NCBI GenBank assembly: GCA_965205505.1
Contig: CBDBHB010000009.1
Coordinates: 2,208,001 to 2,272,000, forward strand
Source: Acidobacteriota bacterium
Lineage (GTDB): Bacteria > Acidobacteriota > UBA890 > WLXD01
DNA: 64,000 nucleotides
Reading direction: 5' to 3'
Below, in pieces: positions 1 through 8,551 of the stretch; within the stretch, counting starts at the first letter, position 1; every line of letters begins with the position of its first letter. The notes under the pieces are model-generated. The model made no database searches. It was not told the origin of the DNA and saw only the letters and a program-made list of their open reading frames with translations. The position numbers were made by a program, and so were the translations under genes.

Positions 1-27
1 CTTGGATTTGAGTTCGCCGGTGATCAT
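1..27 (-). CDS. 5' start of a probable type I R-M methyltransferase subunit (HsdM), running off the window edge
   Basis: ATG at 27 reads MITGELKSK with an upstream GAGAGGGAG RBS, resembling the N-terminus of a common HsdM family. Only 9 codons are visible. Confidence 0.5.
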
Positions 28-83
28 CGCTCCCTCTCACGGTCTGGAGTCGCGTCGTTGCGTTCGACGGCCTCCCCCCGACA

Positions 84-137
84 CAATAGCCCGAAGATGT
101 ACTCCTTGAACTCGGAGGCATCTATCTCGCCGCGGAG
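84..137 (-). pseudogene. HsdM N-terminal domain fragment
   Basis: Translates to LRGEIDASEFKEYIFGLL, the HsdM_N LRGxxDAxxxKxYI motif, with no intact ORF around it. Confidence 0.55.
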
Positions 138-560
138 GGTGGCCCGCAGCGGGCCCACCAGGCTCAGCGCTATGCTGCCGCGCAGCGTGTCGGCCATGCG
201 CCCCAGGTCCGCTTCGTACCCGATCGTGGCAGCCTGATCGGCCGGCTTCGCATCCTGATCGGATTGCCGTTTCTTGGGTCTTCCTCACGCCATGCCTGCA
301 TGCGTCCGCCGTGGCGGATGGCCTGGATCGCGCCGTCGATCATCCGTTCCAGACGTCCCTCCTGCCACCGTGGCGGCCGGAGAACGGCGACTATTGCGCC
401 AGGTATCGCGCCATTTAAGACATGGCGCAAAGAACGCGGCCACCGTGCCGCGGCGGGTGATCCTCGCCTTGTCGCATTGGCCAGCGCCGGCTGATCGATA
501 GATTGGCATCTCCTTGATGCCCGAGCGCCGAGCGGGGGCAATCTCGACGTTCGCGACCGT

Positions 561-580
561 TTTGTTAACTATTTGTTAAC
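561..580. repeat. Tandem TTTGTTAAC direct repeats, putative integrase arm-type sites
   Basis: TTTGTTAAC at 561 and 572 (11-bp period), about 90 bp from a tRNA-derived att remnant. The same TGTTAAC pair occurs at 6422/6433. Confidence 0.5.
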
Positions 581-669
581 TTTCGCCGTCGAAACGGCGA
601 AAGGGGACCGAGACTAAATGCCCTGGTCCCTCGATATCTTCTTGTTTTATAAGAGGTTAAACCGAAGTT

Positions 670-722
670 CCCAAGGAGAAACTTGAACCCCCACGGGCTT
701 GTGCCCACTAGTCCTGAACCTA
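670..722 (-). other. Degenerate tRNA-Leu(CAG) 3' fragment, att-site remnant
   Basis: Minus strand TAGGTTCAGGACTAGTGGGCACAAGCCCGTGGGGGTTCAAGTTTCTCCTTGGG gives a CAG anticodon loop, long variable arm and T arm. No D arm or 5' half. A hairpin follows at 603-631. Confidence 0.7.
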
Positions 723-990
723 AGGCCGACTTCTCGTCGCGGACTTCGAGCAGATGCATGGACGCGGCCACCGGTCTCGGCGGCGCACAGTTCCAGGGTA
801 ACTTCGGAACCGCCATCGGCGTCGAGGAAGTGAAAGGAAAGATCGAGCGGCGTCGTGCCGCCGTCGTGAAAGACAAACGCCATCGGACCCTGAGCGCCGC
901 CGAAGGGGCTAAGGTCCATCATCCGGCAGTGGGCCTCCCCCGATTTCCCGGACACCTTTGGAAGCCCGATAATGGGCTCGGAGGTGAAGC

Positions 991-1284
991 ATGGGGTCAC
1001 GACGGCGGTACAGTCGCGAGTTCAAGATTGAGGCAGTGAGGATGGTGACGCAGCTGGGCCATCCGGTGTCTGAGGTGGCCCGGGATCTGGGTGTTGGCCG
1101 CGGCATGTTGACCAAGTGGCGCAAACAGCTCCAGGAGCAGGGGGTCACGGCGTTTCCGGGCGCGGGGAAGATGCCCGACCAGGACCTGGACGGGCAACAG
1201 CTACGGCGGGACGTGCGGCGAGTACGGCAGGTGCGCGACATTCTAAAAAAAGCGTTGGCGATCTTCTCGGAACGCCCGCGATGA
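991..1284 (+). CDS. IS3 transposase OrfA (HTH)
   Basis: RRYSREFKIEAVRMV...VARDLGV and ILKKA motifs. Confidence 0.85.
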   Translation: MGSRRRYSREFKIEAVRMVTQLGHPVSEVARDLGVGRGMLTKWRKQLQEQGVTAFPGAGKMPDQDLDGQQLRRDVRRVRQVRDILKKALAIFSERPR

Positions 1285-2276
1285 AGTACCCGATCATCAA
1301 GCAACTGTCCGGCAAGTTCCCGGTGCGGCGGTTGTGCAAGATGCTCGAGGTGTCTCACGGCGGTTACTACGAGTGGCGAGGAAGGGGGCCGAGCCCGAGA
1401 GCGCGAGAAGATCGCCGTCTACGTGTGCAGATCAGAGCTGCATTCCGAGAGAGCCGCGACCGTTACGGAAGTCCGCGCATCCACAAGCAACTTCGGCAAC
1501 GAGGGATCCGCTGCTCTCGCAAGCGGGTAGCTCGGCTGATGCGCCAGGAAGGACTTCGAGCTCGCCAACCCCGTCGGTTCCGGGTGACAACACGGCCCAC
1601 ACCTGGCCGGTCAGCGGCGCCCAACGTGCTGGCACGGCGCTTCACGGTGGATGCCGTGGACAGCGTCTGGGTGGGCGACCTGACATACCTGTGGACGCAG
1701 GAAGGATGGCTATACCTGGCCGTGGTGATGGATCTGTGCTCGCGACGGATCATCGGCTGGGCGGTGAGCGAGACGATGACGGACGATTTGACGCTGGCGG
1801 TCCTGGATCAGGCCTTGGAGCAACGCCGTCCCGGTTCCGGAGTGCTCCATCACAGCGACCGCGGCAGCCAGTACAGCAGCGACGATTACCTAGACAAGCT
1901 GCGTGACCGTGGCTTCACCATCAGCATGAGCAGGAAAGGAGACTGCTGGGATAACGCGCCGATGGAGAGTTTCTTCTCTACCCTGAAGTTCCAACTCGGT
2001 GGCTGCTTCAGTTCCCGGGCGGCGGCCCGAGCCGAGTTGTTCCATTACATCGAAGTGTTCTACAACCGGGCTCGCATGCACACCTCGATCGGAGACCAGA
2101 GTCCGGCTCAGTTCGAGGCGGCAATGCGGCGGCCATGCCAGAGCGGCCAATCAGCTGTGGAAGCTGACGCGCCCGTGGAAATCGACTCCCGATTTCCACC
2201 GTCGCTTGGACAACGCTCCGCGTTGCCAACAGCTCCCACAGCCGCTAATACGACTACGACAATGGATCTTAACTAA
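1281..2276 (+). CDS. IS3 transposase OrfB (DDE/rve integrase core)
   Basis: YGSPRI, WVGDLTY, HHSDRGSQY and DNAPMESFF motifs. ATG at 1281 overlaps the orfA stop. Confidence 0.9.
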   Translation: MKYPIIKQLSGKFPVRRLCKMLEVSHGGYYEWRGRGPSPRAREDRRLRVQIRAAFRESRDRYGSPRIHKQLRQRGIRCSRKRVARLMRQEGLRARQPRRFRVTTRPTPGRSAAPNVLARRFTVDAVDSVWVGDLTYLWTQEGWLYLAVVMDLCSRRIIGWAVSETMTDDLTLAVLDQALEQRRPGSGVLHHSDRGSQYSSDDYLDKLRDRGFTISMSRKGDCWDNAPMESFFSTLKFQLGGCFSSRAAARAELFHYIEVFYNRARMHTSIGDQSPAQFEAAMRRPCQSGQSAVEADAPVEIDSRFPPSLGQRSALPTAPTAANTTTTMDLN

Positions 2277-2302
2277 GTGTCCGGGAAAGCGGGGCAAGGT
2301 CA

Positions 2303-2775
2303 CCAACCACGGTGTCCCCTGGGTCGTGCTTACGAACGGGCTTCGGTGGGAGATCCACCGTGTGCTATTCGAGCGCCCAATCGACCATGAGCTTGTGTGT
2401 GAAATCGACTTCCTTGAGCTGCGCCCTAGGAACGCTGAAGACCAACAGAAGCTGTTCCTGCTCTGCCGCGAGGGTCTGGCTAAGGCGGCGATCGAGAAAT
2501 TTCACAAGCACGTGCAGGTAATCAACCGCTTCATGGTGGCGGCGATCGTCCGATCCGAGCCGTCGTTGAAGCTTATCCGCCGAGAGCTCCGCCGCGTGGC
2601 ACCGGACACCAAGACGACAATCACCGAGCTCGCCGACCTGTTGCCGGAGGTCCTCAAGCGCGACGTGCTAGACGGCGACGAGGCCAAGGCGGCCGCCCGC
2701 AAGCTCAAGCGCGCCGCATCGCGCACACTGAGGAAGGCGACTCAATCTACTACAGTTAGTGAGACTGGCGACTAA
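2303..2775 (+). pseudogene. 3' part of an HsdR-N-like restriction endonuclease protein, 5'-truncated by IS3
   Basis: WVVLTNGLRWEIHRV motif typical of HSDR_N-type proteins. The fragment begins exactly at the IS end. Confidence 0.6.
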
Positions 2776-2823
2776 GCGGCGTTGGCCCAGCATCACTGCA
2801 CCTCCCCGCCCTCCACTAGCCGG

Positions 2824-3501
2824 CTACGCGTCTCTCGACAGTCCCGACGCGATCAGACCGGTAGGAACGGCGACAACGCCAATCCCGAGCAGGACGACGA
2901 TTCCCGTGAGCACCCGTCCTGCCGGTGTTACTGGGGTCACGTCTCCGTATCCGACCGTCGTCAAAGTGATAACGGACCACCACAGCGCGGCCGGGATGGG
3001 GCTGAAGGTGTCTGGTTGCACGTCGCGTTCGGCGTAGTACAGAGCGACAGCTGAGACGTAGAGCAGCATGCCAGTACCGACCGCGGCGGCAGCGAGTTCG
3101 TGGCGCACTGCGAAGACACCTCGTTTCAATCGGTTGAGCGCTGTTGCCCTCGACGTGAGCTTCAGCAGGCGCAGCAGCTTCAGCACCCCTGCGTCGAGCA
3201 CCACGGCAAGAAGATCTGCCACGCCAGCTACGCTCACTACGTAGCGCCACTTCCTACTGCTCATCACGATGCGCAGCGCGTACTCGATCACGAACCAAAC
3301 CCGCAACACAGCAGCCGTCATGCGTAATAGCGGTGCCGATTCTCCGACTGGCATCGTGCTCACCGTGAACTCGATCACAGATGCGGAGACGGCGAAAATC
3401 ACAACTCGTTCGAACCAGATAATCCAACCACTCACCGCTCCACCCTCTCGTCCTCCGTGGCCGGGTCCTCGTGCACGCAGGTCGCGGTCGTCGCCCGTCA
3501 T
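2824..3501 (-). CDS. Potassium channel / ion transport protein
   Basis: Pore signature WWSVITLTTVGYGD, S4-like LKLLRLLKL and multiple TM segments. The start could alternatively be GTG at 3435. Confidence 0.85.
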   Translation of the reverse strand: MTGDDRDLRARGPGHGGREGGAVSGWIIWFERVVIFAVSASVIEFTVSTMPVGESAPLLRMTAAVLRVWFVIEYALRIVMSSRKWRYVVSVAGVADLLAVVLDAGVLKLLRLLKLTSRATALNRLKRGVFAVRHELAAAAVGTGMLLYVSAVALYYAERDVQPDTFSPIPAALWWSVITLTTVGYGDVTPVTPAGRVLTGIVVLLGIGVVAVPTGLIASGLSRDA

Positions 3502-3505
3502 GGCG

Positions 3506-4759
3506 TCAAGAATCTTGGAAGCCGATCTCTTCTCGCATTGTCGTGCGAGAGGCAGCCGCCCTGCCCACTCGTTGAATCGCCAATGCAAAAGCAGCCGTTC
3601 GCAGGTCGACATTCTTTTTCTGTGCAAGACTCCTGACCGCCCGGTAGGCTCGCCGCATGACCTTCTCAAGTTCCTTAACCACTCGGTCGTATTCCCAGCT
3701 GAATCGCTGGACGTTCTGAGCCCATTCGAAGTAACTGACGGTAACGCCACCGCCGTTGGCGAGGATGTCCGGCACTACCGTGACGCCACGTTCCAAAAGA
3801 ATCTCGTGGGCCTGGGGAGTAGTGGGGCCATTGGCTCCCTCGATCACGATCCTGGCCTGAACGTCCTTGGCGTTGTCCGCTGTGATCATGTTCTCGAGAG
3901 CCGCAGGGATCAGGATCTCCGCCGGCCAGGTGATGATCTCGGTGCCGTCGAAGGCATCGCCACGCGGAAAGCCGTGAACGGTCCCATGCTCCTTGACCCA
4001 ATCCGCCAGAGCCGACACGTCGAGCCCATCGACATTGTGGACGGCTCCAGCATGGTCGGCTACTGCCACGATCCTCCCCCCTTTTTCGGCAATGAGCCGG
4101 GCTGCGTTACTGCCCACGTTTCCAAATCCCTGTAGCGCGATGGTTCGACCTGCTAGTGGCAGGTCGTGATCGCCGAGTGCCTCCTCCAGGACGTACAACA
4201 CGCCACGTCCGGTAGCTTCCTCCCGGCCTGCCGATCCGAACAGATGAACCGGCTTCCCCGTGACCACCCCAGGTGAGAAACCCTCGTATTTCGAATACTC
4301 GTCCATGATCCACGCCATCACTTCAGCATTTGTGTTGACGTCAGGCGCGGGGACATCCAAGTTCGGGCCAATTACCTCCTTGATCTGACCCACGAAGGCA
4401 CGAGTGACGCGATCAAGTTCGGACTTCGAAAGCTGCGCCGGGTCGCAGTCGATACCCCCCTTAGCACCCCCGAATGGCACATTGGCGATGGCGGTCTTCC
4501 AGGTCATCAGATTGGCCAGAGCCGCCGCATGGTTCTCGTCCAGCGCGGGGTGGTACCGCAAGCCCCCCTTATAGGGCCCGCGAGTGTTGCTGTGTTGCAC
4601 CCGAAACCCGAGGAAGTGGAGTAGTTGGCCGCCGTCACTTTCGATTACGATCTCTACCTTGACCACCCGGCGTGGAGTAATCAGGATCTTGCGGACCCTT
4701 TCGGAGAGGCCGAGCAAATCGGCCGCCTTGTTGAAGTAGTGGTGACTCTCTTCAAGCAT
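3506..4759 (-). CDS. gdhA: Glu/Leu/Phe/Val dehydrogenase (glutamate dehydrogenase type)
   Basis: GPYKGGLRYHP, GGAKGG, DVPAPDVNT, QGFGNVG, EGANGP and PDILANGGGV motifs. Confidence 0.92.
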   Translation of the reverse strand: MLEESHHYFNKAADLLGLSERVRKILITPRRVVKVEIVIESDGGQLLHFLGFRVQHSNTRGPYKGGLRYHPALDENHAAALANLMTWKTAIANVPFGGAKGGIDCDPAQLSKSELDRVTRAFVGQIKEVIGPNLDVPAPDVNTNAEVMAWIMDEYSKYEGFSPGVVTGKPVHLFGSAGREEATGRGVLYVLEEALGDHDLPLAGRTIALQGFGNVGSNAARLIAEKGGRIVAVADHAGAVHNVDGLDVSALADWVKEHGTVHGFPRGDAFDGTEIITWPAEILIPAALENMITADNAKDVQARIVIEGANGPTTPQAHEILLERGVTVVPDILANGGGVTVSYFEWAQNVQRFSWEYDRVVKELEKVMRRAYRAVRSLAQKKNVDLRTAAFALAIQRVGRAAASRTTMREEIGFQDS

Positions 4760-4774
4760 GGGCTCTCCTGAAGT

Positions 4775-5713
4775 TCACGGACCTGTGTCGTCGTCGCGAA
4801 AGAGCCATCCATCATAACCCCCGAGCTCAAGCCCACCGGCCCCTAAGGCGCTGTTGTTGAACCCGGCTCCGCTACGCTCCGCCGGCTTCAACAACAGCGC
4901 CTCCGGGGCCGGTGGTCGGTAGCCCAACGAGCTGTGCGGTCGCATGCGGTTGTACTGCTGCCTCCATCTCTCGATCAGAACCTTTGCCTCCTTGAGCGTG
5001 TAGAAGATCTCGCCGTTGAGCAGCTCGTCTCGGAGCTTGCCGTTGAAGCTCTCCACGTAGCCGTTCTCCCACGGCGAGCCCGGCTCGATGAACAGCGTGC
5101 CCACACCGAGCCTACCGAGCCAGTCGCGAACCGCCTCGGCGGTGAACTCCGGTCCGTTATCGGACCGGATGTGCTCAGGTATGCCCCGGTGCACGAACAA
5201 CCACCCGAGCCGCTCGAGCACGTCCTCACAGTTGAGCTTCCGTGCCACGTCGATCGCCAGGCTTTCTCGTGTGTACTCATCGACGATCGTCAGCAGCCTC
5301 ATAGCCCGACCCTCGTGCGTCCGGTGATGAACGAAGTCATACGCCCAGACGTGATCTTTGCGCTGTGGTCGCAGCCGGATGCACGAGCCATCGCTGAGCC
5401 ACAGCCGGGCTCGTTTGGGCTGCTTTGTCGGTACTTTCAGCCCCTCACGCCTCCAGATACGCTGCACTCGTTTGTGGTTCACCCACCAGCCCTCCATACG
5501 CAACAACGCCGTCACTCGCCGATACCCGTAGCGCCCGTATTGTCGGGCTAGATCCACGATCCGCTCCGTCAACATCTGCTCATCGCCCGGTTCTCTTGGC
5601 ATGTACCTGTGTGTCGTGCGTGGTTGTTTCAGTACCCGGCACGCCCGCCTCTCGGAGACGCCCAGCCGCCCCTGTACATGCGCCACCGCCTCGCGCCGTC
5701 GAGCTGGGCTCAG
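4775..5713 (-). CDS. IS3 transposase OrfB
   Basis: [35 protein letters not shown] and RPHSSLGY motifs. Expressed by frameshift from orfA. Confidence 0.85.
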   Translation of the reverse strand: MSPARRREAVAHVQGRLGVSERRACRVLKQPRTTHRYMPREPGDEQMLTERIVDLARQYGRYGYRRVTALLRMEGWWVNHKRVQRIWRREGLKVPTKQPKRARLWLSDGSCIRLRPQRKDHVWAYDFVHHRTHEGRAMRLLTIVDEYTRESLAIDVARKLNCEDVLERLGWLFVHRGIPEHIRSDNGPEFTAEAVRDWLGRLGVGTLFIEPGSPWENGYVESFNGKLRDELLNGEIFYTLKEAKVLIERWRQQYNRMRPHSSLGYRPPAPEALLLKPAERSGAGFNNSALGAGGLELGGYDGWLFRDDDTGP

Positions 5714-6054
5714 AAGTTTCCCTCCGCGACTTCCTTCAGGATCGACAGGTCGAGCTCTTTCTCCGCCACCAGTTTCTTGAGCCGGGCGTTTTCTTTCTCC
5801 AGCTGCTTGAGCCTTCTGGCCTGGTTGACCTTCAGCCCCCCGTACTCCCGCCGCCACCGATAGTAGGTGTGCTCGGTGATCGCTAGCTTGCGGCAGGCAT
5901 CCTTGACCGTCCCGCCTTGCGCCTGCTCCACTTCAGCCTCCCGGAGCTTGCGTACGATCTGCTCGGCGCTGTGCCTCTTCGTCGGCATTCTGACCTCCCC
6001 TTTTCGACCCAGATCGTGAGATTACCTCTGGATCCGTTTTGGGGGGTCAGGTCA
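4840..6054 (-). mobile_element. IS3-family element, right end eroded
   Basis: IRL TGACCTGACCCCCC ends at 6054. orfA and orfB are joined by a GGGAAAC -1 frameshift site. No clear IRR, so the left boundary is approximate. Confidence 0.85.
5710..5988 (-). CDS. IS3 transposase OrfA
   Basis: [14 protein letters not shown]...[11 protein letters not shown]...[13 protein letters not shown]. Confidence 0.88.
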   Translation of the reverse strand: MPTKRHSAEQIVRKLREAEVEQAQGGTVKDACRKLAITEHTYYRWRREYGGLKVNQARRLKQLEKENARLKKLVAEKELDLSILKEVAEGNF

Positions 6055-6104
6055 GGCACCGTGTTACTGAGATAAGACGTGGTACTAACCGCGGGGTCAG
6101 GTCA
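6055..6104 (+). mobile_element. Isolated IS3 right-end fragment
   Basis: Reverse complement of the IS end near 21031-21075. Terminates in GGGGTCAGGTCA. Confidence 0.75.
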
Positions 6105-6179
6105 GCCTCTCTCGCGGCGGCGCCGCTCTTGTTACCTCAGTGTTACCTAACGAGCCATTTGGCCTCCGAACAAACGGGC

Positions 6180-6212
6180 AGGGGGATTCGGCTTCGTTCG
6201 CCGAATCCCCCT
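6180..6212. terminator. Strong hairpin downstream of the att remnant
   Basis: AGGGGGATTCGGC-ttcgttc-GCCGAATCCCCCT, a 13-bp stem. Confidence 0.55.
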
Positions 6213-6236
6213 TCATATCAACGGCTTGCACCAAAA

Positions 6237-6288
6237 TGCCCAAGGAGGGACTTGCCCCCCACGAGCTTGCACCCACTAGGTCCTGAAA
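6237..6288 (-). other. tRNA-Leu(CAG) 3' fragment, att site next to the integrase
   Basis: Minus strand TTCAGGACCTAGTGGGTGCAAGCTCGTGGGGGGCAAGTCCCTCCTTGGGCA. Similarity starts at the anticodon loop, about 150 bp from the integrase stop. Confidence 0.75.
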
Positions 6289-6434
6289 ACAATCCAGCAG
6301 TTTACCGCCCTGTGGCGTCCCTTACCGCTCCTTAGCCCAACATACGTGTTGTCAACCACTTATTATGTGACCGTCGTTCATGCTCTTGGTGTCGCTCATT
6401 GACGCTCGTTGACGGTACGTTTGTTAACCGGCTG

Positions 6435-7619
6435 TTAACTCGCACCGCCCTCAACAACGGTGAAGCGTCGGCGCTTGGCGGCGCGGATCGTCTCGTCAAG
6501 ACGGCTCATCGCCCGTTCGCGCTGAGAGATCATCACGTGGCCGTAGAGGTCGCCGGTGATCTGCACGCTGCTGTGGCCGAGTTGCTCGCTCGTGTACTTG
6601 AGGCCTTCGCCCTGGCGTAGCAGCAGGCTGGCGAAGGTGTGACGCAGGCTGTGCAGTGTGATGCCCTCACGCAGGCCAGCGCGCTCGCGCAGAGGCCTGA
6701 AGACGCGTCGGTACCAGGAGTTGGGATCGTGCGGTTTACCGGTGGAAGTGCGAAAGACGAAGTCGCTGTGCATCGGCGGGTTCGCCTTCCGGTGTCGTCT
6801 CAGCGCGTCGATTACTGAGGCGGGAGCGTCGACGGTTCGTTCCGAGCTCGAGGTCTTCGTCTCCGTGACCCTTCCGTTGTAGACCGAGCGTCGTACGTGG
6901 ACCCGAGCACCGTGGTCCTGATGAGCCTCAACGTCATGCCACTTCAAGCCGAACGCCTCGCCTCGACGAAGCCCGAGAAACAACATGACATGGATGAGGG
7001 CGTTCGCTTCGCAATCCTCTGAGGTGGCCGCGAGCAACACCGCCATGTCGTCTTCTTCGAGGAACTCGGCTTCCCTCTTTCGCACTTTGAGCCTCTGTTG
7101 TCCGACAAGGGGATCGCCGGCAAGGTAGGCGCGGGCAGGGTGCCGAGCCCACTTGAAGATCTGCCGCGCGAGCGTTAAGACGTTGTTGAAGCTCTTCCGC
7201 GCCATATCGCCCGCATCGACCTTCTCGGCAAGACCAGCTCGCCACTCCGCCATGACCGTCGGCGTAAGTCGATCGCTTCGGTACCGGCCCAGGCCTCCGG
7301 CGTACTCAACGTCGTCAACCTCTGGGGCGAGGTGGACCCTGACAAGGCAGGTTGCCGTCGCCGCCGTGCTGGCTCGGACTTCACCCAGCTTGACGCGCGT
7401 ATCGAGGTCCTCGACCCACGCAGCGAAGACATCCTTCATGAGCTCTGGCTGCACTTTTTGAAAGGTCCCGTCCTTGACCTTCTTCTGAGCCTCCACGAGG
7501 AATGCGTCGGCGTCCTTTCGGCGTTTGAAGCACTTGCCGTGCTGTTTGCCAGCCTGGTCTCGCCAGTACGCATACCAGCGCGGTCCGGAAATCGTCAGTC
7601 GCTTGTGGATGCTCGCCAT
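6435..7619 (-). CDS. Phage-type tyrosine integrase
   Basis: N-terminal arm-binding region plus GLRRGE, TKT, HSLRHTFAS, QLGHS and TGDLYGH catalytic motifs. Confidence 0.93.
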   Translation of the reverse strand: MASIHKRLTISGPRWYAYWRDQAGKQHGKCFKRRKDADAFLVEAQKKVKDGTFQKVQPELMKDVFAAWVEDLDTRVKLGEVRASTAATATCLVRVHLAPEVDDVEYAGGLGRYRSDRLTPTVMAEWRAGLAEKVDAGDMARKSFNNVLTLARQIFKWARHPARAYLAGDPLVGQQRLKVRKREAEFLEEDDMAVLLAATSEDCEANALIHVMLFLGLRRGEAFGLKWHDVEAHQDHGARVHVRRSVYNGRVTETKTSSSERTVDAPASVIDALRRHRKANPPMHSDFVFRTSTGKPHDPNSWYRRVFRPLRERAGLREGITLHSLRHTFASLLLRQGEGLKYTSEQLGHSSVQITGDLYGHVMISQRERAMSRLDETIRAAKRRRFTVVEGGAS

Positions 7620-7660
7620 CTACCTTTCCCCTCCCTCTGTCGGGTCCTTCGGCGGTGCGA

Positions 7661-8062
7661 TCACTTCTCTTGGGTTTCCTCGATCCCGGCCTTCCTTAGC
7701 CAGCGACGTATGGTTTCGACATCCGAGCCGATATCGGCAGCGATGGCCTTCACGGACTCTCCGGCTGCCGCCCGGCGTCTCGCCTTCTCCTGCCGATCCC
7801 GGTATGCCTTCATGCGACATGTCGTGGAGCAATGCTTGGCCTCGGGCCGTTTTGCCCGCGGCGACCGCTCGAACCACCGGTGGCAAACCACGCACCGCGC
7901 ATAGTCCTTGTTACCGTCCACGGCTTGTCCGAACTGAAGCCACATCGCGCCGAGAAGGTTGTCAGGGATCAGACATAGCTCTAGAGCGCCCCTGGGAGGG
8001 GCGTACAGGAGCCGTGGCGACGCGTGTTCGTCGAGTCGTTTGTTGATGGCGTCGTGTGCCAA
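7661..8062 (-). CDS. CGNR-type zinc-finger plus HTH protein, possibly 5'-truncated
   Basis: CVVCHRWF...HCSTTCRMKAYRDR and a C-terminal HTH (VKAIAADIGSDVETIRRW). Its 5' end overlaps the divergent xis. Confidence 0.6.
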   Translation of the reverse strand: MAHDAINKRLDEHASPRLLYAPPRGALELCLIPDNLLGAMWLQFGQAVDGNKDYARCVVCHRWFERSPRAKRPEAKHCSTTCRMKAYRDRQEKARRRAAAGESVKAIAADIGSDVETIRRWLRKAGIEETQEK

Positions 8063-8262
8063 TGATCAGCCTTCCGGAGCCACTGTTTGACGTTGCGGCT
8101 GTGGCCGAGATCTTCGGGGTGAGGCCGCGATGGGTGTACGAGCACTTGGACGAGCTGCCGCATGTGCGTGTCGGGCGCTATGTCCGCTTCGAGACGGCTG
8201 CCATCCGCGAGTACCTCGACCGGCAGCCCCGGGAACCGGAAAGTAACCCCTTTGGCCAATGA
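8056..8262 (+). CDS. Excisionase / HTH_17 DNA-binding protein
   Basis: FDVAAVAEIFGVRPRWVYEH...LPHVRVGRYVRF. Confidence 0.8.
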   Translation: MPMISLPEPLFDVAAVAEIFGVRPRWVYEHLDELPHVRVGRYVRFETAAIREYLDRQPREPESNPFGQ

Positions 8263-8536
8263 TGCCCCACTCGTTGCCGACAAGAGCGGCATTGCCGACT
8301 CCATTGTGCAGTTCGTTACCGGGCGTCTGCTGCCGCCGGGTAGCAAGCCGCCGAGGCACGCGTGGACGGAGGAGCTGGATGGGGTCAGGCGTGGGGGCCC
8401 GGGGCTAGTGCCCAAGCAGGACGCTATCGACTGGCCCGAGGACGAGGTGGATCACCTCGACCGGTACCTCTACAGCAAGCGAATCCGGGCAGCAGGGATG
8501 GCCCGCGCTCAAACGCCGTCCCGGGAACGACTTTGA
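8252..8536 (+). CDS. Hypothetical protein
   Basis: Open frame between xis and the primase gene. The TTG start is inferred. Confidence 0.4.
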   Translation: MANDAPLVADKSGIADSIVQFVTGRLLPPGSKPPRHAWTEELDGVRRGGPGLVPKQDAIDWPEDEVDHLDRYLYSKRIRAAGMARAQTPSRERL

Positions 8537-8551
8537 CCTGAGCTAGGCAAC

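Larger units (their letters stand above)
930..2302 (+). mobile_element. IS3-family insertion sequence
   Basis: TG...CA ends with imperfect IRs (tgggcctcccccgatttcccggacac / gtgtccgggaaagcggggcaaggtca), orfA and orfB, and an A7G slippery site at 1245-1252. No clear target-site duplication. Confidence 0.9.

Noticed and set aside
670-722. Functional tRNA-Leu genes at 670 and 6237
   Set aside because: Both lack the 5' half and D arm and have damaged T arms, so they are treated as att remnants.
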